In this document: positions 57,069 to 64,000 of the stretch, one piece after another
Position numbering within the stretch: the first letter of the stretch is position 1
How the letters are laid out: each line of letters begins with the position of its first letter
From: Candidatus Moranbacteria bacterium GW2011_GWE2_35_2-
GTDB lineage: Bacteria; Patescibacteriota; Minisyncoccia; Moranbacterales; UBA9337
Direction: 5' to 3'
DNA length: 64,000 nt
NCBI GenBank assembly: GCA_000990585.1
Contig: LBQD01000001.1
Span: forward strand, 207,276 to 271,275
Notes under the pieces: model-generated
Seen by the model: only the letters and a program-made list of their open reading frames with translations
Told to the model about the DNA's origin: nothing
The model's database searches: none
Position numbers and translations under genes: made by a program

Positions 57069-58292
57069 TCACAAATATTTTCTTTTTTTCAATTTGTCCG
57101 GAAAATATTGCTGCTCGGCATCCTCGGGATTTTCAAAATCCGGAGTATATTTGTAATCCTTTCCGTATCCCAAATTTTTCATAAATTTTGTTGGAGCATT
57201 GCGCAAATGAATCGGAACTGGTTCGGCAGGAAAATTTTCGGCGTCTTTTTTGGCGTTTTCATAAGCAATATACAATTGATTGCTTTTTTTTGATTTTGCC
57301 ATATACACCACCGCTTGCGCCAAATTCACTCCGCATTCCGGCATCCCGATATAATGGCAAGCTTGGTACGCACTCACTGCCTGTTCCAAGGCAAATGAGT
57401 TAGCAATGCCGATATCCTCGGAAGCAAAACGAATCAGTCTGCGAGCAATATACAATGGATCTTCTCCTCCGGAAAGCATCCGCGCCAGCCAATACAGCGC
57501 CGCATTCGCATCTCCTCCACGCATGCTTTTGTGTAGCGCCGAAATAATATTATAGTGTTGCTCTCCCGCCCGGTCATAGAGCAGATTGCTTTTTTGCAAC
57601 GCCTCTTTGATATCTTTTTCGCCGATAACAATTTCTTTTTTATTGTTTTTTACCGCGCTAACCGCAAATTCCAAAACTCCCAGTGCCACCCGCGCGTCGC
57701 CATTGGAAAGCCCGGCGAGAAGTTTGATGTCTTTTTTTGCTATTTTAATTTCAAATTTTCCCAGTCCTTTTTCGCTGTCTTTCAAAGCTCTTTCAATCAA
57801 CACTTTAATATCCTTCTCGTCCAATGATTCTAAAACAAAAACTCGGCTTCTGGAAAGAAGAGCGTAATTGACTTCAAAACTTGGATTTTCTGTTGTTGCT
57901 CCGATTAAAATCAATGTTCCATCTTCAACATACGGCAAAAGCCTGTCTTGTTGCGCTTTGTTGAAACGGTGGATTTCATCTAAAAATAAAATAGTCTTTT
58001 TTGCCGGATTATTTTTCGCTTCTTCGATAATTTTTCTGATTTCTTTGACTCCGCTGGAAACCGCACTGAGATGGAAAAACTTAGCGTTGGTCATCTTGGC
58101 GATGATGCGCGCCAATGTAGTTTTTCCGCTTCCGGGCGGACCCCAAAAGATCATCGAAGGAATTTGATCGCTTTCGATTATTTTACGTAATATTTTTCCC
58201 TCACCGATAATACCTTCTTGCCCGACAAAATCGGAAAGCTTCTCAGGACGCATCCGATCCGCCAAAGGTTTCTTGTTTTCGTTATCAAGCAT
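57069..58292 (-). CDS. rarA: Replication-associated recombination protein A
   Basis: PLADRMRP, WGPPGSGKTT, DEIHRFNKAQQD, ATTENPSF, PIHLRNAPT. Confidence 0.95.
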   Translation of the reverse strand: MLDNENKKPLADRMRPEKLSDFVGQEGIIGEGKILRKIIESDQIPSMIFWGPPGSGKTTLARIIAKMTNAKFFHLSAVSSGVKEIRKIIEEAKNNPAKKTILFLDEIHRFNKAQQDRLLPYVEDGTLILIGATTENPSFEVNYALLSRSRVFVLESLDEKDIKVLIERALKDSEKGLGKFEIKIAKKDIKLLAGLSNGDARVALGVLEFAVSAVKNNKKEIVIGEKDIKEALQKSNLLYDRAGEQHYNIISALHKSMRGGDANAALYWLARMLSGGEDPLYIARRLIRFASEDIGIANSFALEQAVSAYQACHYIGMPECGVNLAQAVVYMAKSKKSNQLYIAYENAKKDAENFPAEPVPIHLRNAPTKFMKNLGYGKDYKYTPDFENPEDAEQQYFPDKLKKRKYL

Positions 58293-58455
58293 AAATATTT
58301 CAACTGATAATCTATTTTTCACCTATTCATTTACAATCTCATCTATTTTAATGATACAACATCTTTATTATATCACTTCCAAATTCCCCCGCAAGGCAAT
58401 CACCCATTAGTTAAAGACCCTCATTCACAAGCACCCTATACAAAAGTAAATTTCG

Positions 58456-58521
58456 ACATAATTCCACGACCGTGGAATTATGTCGATTTTCACACATTCA
58501 TTTATGACCACAAAATTATGC
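58456..58521. repeat. Two copies of the 28-bp palindrome ACAT-N6-ACGnnCGT-N6-ATGT downstream of the PaaX/Cas2-like gene
   Basis: 58456-58483 acataattccacgaccgtggaattatgt (perfect arms); 58494-58521 acattcatttatgaccacaaaattatgc (degenerate). Confidence 0.8.
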
Positions 58522-58561
58522 GTAATCTCAATTTTTTATGAAATGTATTTGATTTTATTTC

Positions 58562-59131
58562 TTAATTTTTTCCAAAAAAATGTTTCTTAATTTTTTCCTG
58601 ATTATCAATATCCACCGCAATAATCACCCTAACATATTGCTCTGCGAAATACAGTCGCACCAACTCCAAAATCGCCTTTTCAAAAGGATAAGGCGAAACA
58701 AAAACGCTGTGCTGCAATTTGAAAAATTTTAATTCTTTTAAGTGTTCTCTCAAAATATCTCGAAATATCCGATCTTTTTCCGGAATATCAAAAATCACAA
58801 TCCGCCATTTTTTATCCCATTTTTTAGGTTTTTTAAAATTTATCGAACCGCCCAACAAATCCAATTTTCTTGCCTGCTCTTTCCCTTTCGCAGTCAAAAT
58901 CAATTTAAAAGATCCATTTGGAAGTCTTTTTTCTTCTACTAATTTTTCCCCCGAGAGTCGTTTAATGGAACGCTCAAAACTAGATTGATCAACTTTTTTC
59001 CAATCTTTCCGTAAAAGGCGAAACGTCCTGAAATATTGCCTTGACGATGAAGACAAGCCCAGTGCAACACCCCCCAAGAGCGTTATCATTATTTTCTTCT
59101 GTACCGGTCCGAATTTATACATATTCTTCAT
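58562..59131 (-). CDS. PaaX-like wHTH plus Cas2-like ferredoxin-fold protein (CPR type)
   Basis: LTAKG wing; WDKKWRIVIFDIPE...LKELKFFKLQHSVFVSPY. Confidence 0.8.
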   Translation of the reverse strand: MKNMYKFGPVQKKIMITLLGGVALGLSSSSRQYFRTFRLLRKDWKKVDQSSFERSIKRLSGEKLVEEKRLPNGSFKLILTAKGKEQARKLDLLGGSINFKKPKKWDKKWRIVIFDIPEKDRIFRDILREHLKELKFFKLQHSVFVSPYPFEKAILELVRLYFAEQYVRVIIAVDIDNQEKIKKHFFGKN

Positions 59132-59137
59132 AAAACC

Positions 59138-59218
59138 ACATCAACTTACGACCGTCATAAAATGTGGGATTATTAAAATCAAAAAAACTTACATTAACTT
59201 ACGGTCGTCGGATTATGT
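59138..59218. repeat. Two more copies of the 28-bp palindrome upstream of the PaaX/Cas2-like gene
   Basis: 59138-59165 acatcaacttacgaccgtcataaaatgt; 59191-59218 acattaacttacggtcgtcggattatgt. Confidence 0.8.
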
Positions 59219-59277
59219 TAGATTTTAATAAGCTATATTAAATATATCACTAGATCCTTTCTATCATTTTATTATTG

Positions 59278-59697
59278 TTAATTTCTCCCATTTTTATCTT
59301 TCTTCCAATCCCAGGTAATTTTAATCAGGCTCAGGATAACAAAGAGTGAACCCATCCAAATTGAAACTGATTCTTTGGTGGGTCCGAAGCTCATCCAGCC
59401 TCCCGTATAAACCGGCGCCAGTAAAACGAAAAGCGCGGTAATTCCCATCCAAGATGCCGCAAATTTCAACCATTTTATAAAAATTTTATCAGAGATGAAG
59501 AAAAGAAAAAATGAGATAGCTAATGTAAATAGTGATAAAAACATCAATGGATCGACATATGCATTGTATGAAAATATACAATACTCATTATAATTGCATA
59601 AATCAAATTTATCTTCATTTACAGAAAAATATCCCCATAAAAACACTACCGCACCGATAAACACAACCACGAACCTCCACCAATAAGTTTTTTTCAT
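59278..59697 (-). CDS. Small 4-TM hypothetical protein
   Basis: Four hydrophobic segments; Cys pair in the first loop. Confidence 0.65.
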   Translation of the reverse strand: MKKTYWWRFVVVFIGAVVFLWGYFSVNEDKFDLCNYNEYCIFSYNAYVDPLMFLSLFTLAISFFLFFISDKIFIKWLKFAASWMGITALFVLLAPVYTGGWMSFGPTKESVSIWMGSLFVILSLIKITWDWKKDKNGRN

Positions 59698-59728
59698 TTT
59701 TTTGTTTTAATTATTAACAAATTATTTT

Positions 59729-62700
59729 TTAATAAAATATCTTGATTGATCCTTTTTCCGTCTGCAGATATGGAACAGTCAGTCCTGGAATTTTTTGCGT
59801 TTTCTTTCCGTTTTCCCATATCCGTGTTTCATTTCTGTTGGAAAAATAGAACGACCGGACAAAATCACTTCCGTTTGTCAAATGCGCATTGAGAATTTGA
59901 AATTTGTTTTTCTTCCAATCAAAATTCCAATGGCATTGGAACAAAGAATTTGAGACATCGGTTTTGACTCCGTCATACGAAATCGAATCAATCTCACTGT
60001 AAACGATATTGCTATTTCCGCGATTTTTTTCTTTGATGTCAATAATCGTACTGTGTCCGGCTTTATCAATCAAGACCGCGATCAAAGTGCTGTTTTTTTC
60101 TTTTTCGCGATTTGCTTGCAAAAAGCGGTTCAAGATATCTTTTGCCCTGTCCCTCAATGGAGGCTTCTGAATCCGCTCTTTCATCCTGACTGAAACATCT
60201 CCGGACAGATTGTCTATTCCGAAAACTTCCAGTTTCTTGGAATCAGGATTAAAAAATATTTTTCCCTCCGGAGCAGTTTTGTCCATTTTCACTTCTATTT
60301 CTTTTACGTCCTCTTCATTTCCCGCCGTGTCAGTTGAAAAATATCGGACATTGAAAATCCCTTCGCCGGAAATTTCAATCGGATTTTCATACACTTCCCA
60401 ACTTGCTCCGCCATCCAGAGAATATTGGGTTTTTTCAATTTCGTTTTCTCCGTCTTCAGCCGAAAACGAAACAGCAACATTTCCAACAAACCAACCGGCA
60501 AGACCCTGCTCTCCTTGCGCGCTGGCAAAAGTTTGCGGAGGATTGCTATCCGGCATCACTCCCACTTCAACAATCGGCTCCGCCTGATAATCCTGCTGTC
60601 CATCGCCATCAATATCCACCTGCAAAACCGGCATTTCCATCAATCCTTGCTCGGAAATTTCCAAAACCGCCGTTGTTTCTTCCGTAGTCGGCAAATTGGC
60701 AAAAACAATCGCGGAAACCGTTTCCTCCCCGCCGGAAATCGGTTGTGCTTCTTCCACTTTCAAAGTATATGTCCCCGCTCCATATCCTTCCAGCTCAACT
60801 CGAACATTTTCTCCGGATCCAAATCCAACATATTTGCGTTCCCCGAATTGGTAATAATAGCTATTGGAAATTCCTTCCTCGAAAACTTCGTATTCTTGTC
60901 CGCCAACTTGAATTTTTTTCGGTCCGGTGTGATTTCCCTTTTCATCATACAAATGAATGTCCAACGGGGAATGCAATGACATTCGCAATCGCGAAGAGGC
61001 ATTTTCGTAATCATCCGGGCGAGAATCTTTGATATATTTCGGCAAATCACCGGATTTATTTGCAATAATATTTGAGATAAATTCCTGTAAATTATCAACT
61101 TCTAAAATATTCTTATGTCCTCTATCAATCGTAATTCCCTTATTATATTCAAACAAATCCACCCAATACCTTTTTACATTATCATTTTCAGGAATCATCA
61201 AGGCGCTAGGTGCGACAACTGTCTTGTCTCCGTCAACCGTAAATTGCGGCTGGTACGTCGGTGCGTATTCCCCGCTTTTCACACAAGAAGGAACTTTTCC
61301 TCCTGTCGGAAAACAATCATATTTTTCCCGCTCTGAATATTTAACCCCGCTTATGGTGTCCAATCCCCAGCCGGCGATTTGAATCGCTTCGACATTTTCC
61401 GGAGGAATCCACGAATCCAAACGCTTGTGCATTTCCGTCGCTTCATCCAAAAGATTTTCCCGCAAAGTATTTTCCCAATCCACTTCACTGTTTTCCGGCT
61501 CTTGGCGACCGTCGCCATCGCCGGTCAAAAAATCTTTCCATTCGTCAAAATCATCAATGTCATCGCCATAGGCATCTTTGAAGCTTTTGTAGCGGGTATT
61601 TTCCGAAGAAAAAGAAACAAAGGGATTTTCAATTCGATCAAAATATTCTTCCGATGGCAAAAGCCCATAGGCTCCCGGCATATTTTCCGCCAACGTTCGA
61701 GCATCTTCCTGGGAAATCAAAGTACCCGCAAGCGCCGGCTCGTCATAACCATACAACATCGCCAAAAGCGCCACCGGGGTTCCTATTTGCGGAGTTGCGA
61801 CAAAAATTATTTTGTCAATTTTGTCCGTCGCGCCACTTTTTTCCAATTCCATCATCAAAGATTTCGCCAAAAGTCCGCCATTGGAATGGGCGACGATTGT
61901 CACTTTTTCGTTTTTTGACGATTCCGCCAATTCCTCAATTTGCTCAAGCGCCGATTTCATTTCCTCTTCCGGATACAACGTTCCGCTTTGGGCAATATCT
62001 TCGACACTCTGCCTCCAATCATAGGCAAAAGACCGAAAATCATTGATGATATTTTCAGATTTCAAGCCGTCTAATTTTTCCAAAAATGTTTTGTAAATGT
62101 TTCCGCCAATCACCGGAATCGCCACTTCATCCAAAATATCCCTTGTGTACACATCTTCAATGCTTTTTCCATCTTCATCCATTCGCAATTCCTCCATATC
62201 ATCGCCAAAATAATTGGGAATCCAAAGCTTATCTTCGCTTCCCAGCATCCCTTCTTTGTACAGCCGGCTGGATTTTATTCCGGGAAGGAAAAGTACATTG
62301 GAAGTGCAAGTCTTACAAATAAATTTTTCCGCGCTCCAATCAATCAAAGTAAAATCCCCGATCAATTTTTCCCCGCCGGAAGAAAAATCCGGCGCCAAAG
62401 CTGGACCGTCTGGACTGCCGTACCAGTTGTTTTCCAAGCGAACCAGATTTTTGTCCCTGCCCAAAATCTCGGAATATTCCGAATAATTCAATGCGGTGGA
62501 AATAAGCGCAGTATTTTGACCATTTCCAAAAAAATTACTGTCGGAAACTTGCAGGAAACTTTTTTCTTCATTGGGATATGATTCAATATACGTTTCGATG
62601 TCCGCATAAAGATTGTTTTTAAATGTGGAGTTTTTAATATCCAGCCTCCCGGAAACAAATTTGAGCGCAGAATTTTTCACTTCTCCGTCATCAGAAACCG

Positions 62701-63280
62701 GAAAACTTTGCGCCTTGGCAATATTGGAAGAAAAAATATTTCCCCAATTTTCGGTCATTATTATTGGCGAAGAGGAAAAACACTCATCAGGAAAATCATT
62801 CCAGTTGTAATATGTTCCCAATTCCACAAAATCGACATAATGAAGTATCGAAGAATCCGCGCCTGCCAAAAAAGATCTGTCGTTAAATTCTATCATTCCT
62901 CGGCTCGGCGCAAAACATTCATCATCAAAAAAAGAAGGATCAACCGGCGGAGAAGTGAAAGTGATTCTTTCCTGTTCTGTTCCCTCCGCGACAATTCTTC
63001 CATAATAAACAGCAAGGCTTTCTCCAAGAATTATTCTCGTTCCTTTCTCAATTGTGAGTGTGGCACCTCCGACTACAACTACCGGAAGCTCGATGGAAAG
63101 ATCCACCTCTCCGCTCCAAACAACATCTTCGTCGATTACATAATAGTTTTCATAATCCAGCCACTCGCCTTCCTCCGAACTTGCGGTAATACTCGCCGAA
63201 TAATGATAATGCGATAAATTAAACCCTACCGGAGAAAATACCATCAAGAAAACAAGAATACTAACGCTGATTTTTTTCAT
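59729..63280 (-). CDS. Large secreted alpha/beta-hydrolase (LCAT/lipase-like) with beta-helix-like N-region and Ig-like C-region
   Basis: Signal peptide; FLPGIKSS, FAYDWR, nucleophile AHSNGG, ATPQIGTP, GDKTV; YSLDGG...STDTAGNEE. Confidence 0.82.
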   Translation of the reverse strand: MKKISVSILVFLMVFSPVGFNLSHYHYSASITASSEEGEWLDYENYYVIDEDVVWSGEVDLSIELPVVVVGGATLTIEKGTRIILGESLAVYYGRIVAEGTEQERITFTSPPVDPSFFDDECFAPSRGMIEFNDRSFLAGADSSILHYVDFVELGTYYNWNDFPDECFSSSPIIMTENWGNIFSSNIAKAQSFPVSDDGEVKNSALKFVSGRLDIKNSTFKNNLYADIETYIESYPNEEKSFLQVSDSNFFGNGQNTALISTALNYSEYSEILGRDKNLVRLENNWYGSPDGPALAPDFSSGGEKLIGDFTLIDWSAEKFICKTCTSNVLFLPGIKSSRLYKEGMLGSEDKLWIPNYFGDDMEELRMDEDGKSIEDVYTRDILDEVAIPVIGGNIYKTFLEKLDGLKSENIINDFRSFAYDWRQSVEDIAQSGTLYPEEEMKSALEQIEELAESSKNEKVTIVAHSNGGLLAKSLMMELEKSGATDKIDKIIFVATPQIGTPVALLAMLYGYDEPALAGTLISQEDARTLAENMPGAYGLLPSEEYFDRIENPFVSFSSENTRYKSFKDAYGDDIDDFDEWKDFLTGDGDGRQEPENSEVDWENTLRENLLDEATEMHKRLDSWIPPENVEAIQIAGWGLDTISGVKYSEREKYDCFPTGGKVPSCVKSGEYAPTYQPQFTVDGDKTVVAPSALMIPENDNVKRYWVDLFEYNKGITIDRGHKNILEVDNLQEFISNIIANKSGDLPKYIKDSRPDDYENASSRLRMSLHSPLDIHLYDEKGNHTGPKKIQVGGQEYEVFEEGISNSYYYQFGERKYVGFGSGENVRVELEGYGAGTYTLKVEEAQPISGGEETVSAIVFANLPTTEETTAVLEISEQGLMEMPVLQVDIDGDGQQDYQAEPIVEVGVMPDSNPPQTFASAQGEQGLAGWFVGNVAVSFSAEDGENEIEKTQYSLDGGASWEVYENPIEISGEGIFNVRYFSTDTAGNEEDVKEIEVKMDKTAPEGKIFFNPDSKKLEVFGIDNLSGDVSVRMKERIQKPPLRDRAKDILNRFLQANREKEKNSTLIAVLIDKAGHSTIIDIKEKNRGNSNIVYSEIDSISYDGVKTDVSNSLFQCHWNFDWKKNKFQILNAHLTNGSDFVRSFYFSNRNETRIWENGKKTQKIPGLTVPYLQTEKGSIKIFY

Positions 63281-63459
63281 TTTTATTTCCGAATTCCGTT
63301 TGAAAAATATACCCCCCTGCCCCTGCCATATTTTCCAAACAAAATATTTTTACCTTCCGCTTATTTACTTTATGCAAATATTATACACCATTATCACATT
63401 TCATTGCATCCGCAAAAATCTACAAAAGTAGAAATCTTATATTGATATCCGACGATGGA

Positions 63460-63990
63460 TTATTTCAAACTCTTCTGATCAATAAATCTTTTCAATTCTT
63501 CTTTCACAATTTTTTCCATCTTGTCATGCGAAATTTTTCCCTTGCCAGAAAGCACTTCCAATTTGTTGACTTTGAGCATTTCATGCAAATACGCCACCCA
63601 ATCTTTCATCGTCCATCACAAAACCCTTCACCATATATTCCCTAAGTTTTTGCGTCGCCCAGATGCGGAATTGCGTGCCACGTAAGGATTTTACCCGATA
63701 ACCAACTGAGATAATAACATCGAGATTGTAAAAGTCTATATCCCTAGAAACAGCTCTGTTGCCTTCTTTTTGAACTATCCGGAATTTCCGGATAGTTGGA
63801 TTGGATTCCAGCTCTCCCTCTGTGTATACATTCTGAATATGTTCATTCAGGTTCTAACATCCTTATCAAAAAGCTCGGCCATTTGTTTCTGATTAAGCCA
63901 AACAGTTTCACCTTCAAGATTCACCTCTATTTCCGTTTTTCCGTCTTCCGTTTTGTATAAAATTATTTTATTATTTGATTTTTCCTCCAT
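63460..63990 (-). pseudogene. rhuM: RhuM-family DNA-binding protein pseudogene (frameshift plus internal deletion)
   Basis: ETVWLNQKQMAELF then premature TGA; second frame gives YNLDVIISVGYRVKS...FRIWAT; another frame change gives C-terminal MKDW...GKISH. Confidence 0.85.
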
Positions 63991-64000
63991 TTTTTTATTT

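Noticed and set aside
58562-59131. CRISPR-Cas locus from Cas2-like similarity
   Set aside because: No repeat-spacer array, cas1 or effector gene; the protein has a PaaX-like N-terminal domain.
58450-59223. dif/pdif (XerCD) sites, suggested by TTATGTTAGAT and TTATGTCGA half-sites
   Set aside because: The arms are not separated by the 6-bp spacer of dif and there is no XerC-type arm; kept as a separate palindrome finding.

Overview
AT-rich bacterial chromosomal segment using genetic code 11, with most genes on the minus strand. The gene set looks like Patescibacteria/CPR, possibly Parcubacteria such as Moranbacteria; this is an inference from the VirD4-like ATPase pair, sigma4/HARE-HTH protein, DUF4012, PaaX/Cas2-like protein and short Pgk. 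Core genes: ispG (3' end), dnaB, recR, rplU, lepA, gap, pgk, gpmI, eno, murJ, murD, trxB, prmC, rarA, mpg, glycosyltransferases, and a group 3-type NiFe hydrogenase with scattered, reduced hypA/hypF and hypE. Four things stand out. (1) A five-gene cassette (catalytic-domain-only AsnRS paralogue, SAM methyltransferase, MccF-type S66 peptidase, short RlmN/Cfr-type radical SAM, degenerate LysRS paralogue) is bracketed by an exact 62-bp direct repeat containing TATAAT; it is a candidate aminoacyl-nucleotide biosynthesis or immunity system. (2) A radical SAM/SPASM RiPP locus has an unannotated 54-aa Cys/Gly-rich precursor. (3) A PaaX/Cas2-like gene is flanked on both sides by four copies of a 28-bp palindrome. 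(4) There is an unannotated 45-aa histone-H1-like Lys/Ala protein. Also seen: in-frame heptamer repeats in housekeeping genes, a PEP-CTERM-like protein, a large secreted lipase-like protein with a small membrane partner, and a rhuM pseudogene. No rRNA, tRNA or CRISPR array was recognised. All family calls come from reading motifs by eye, not from database searches.
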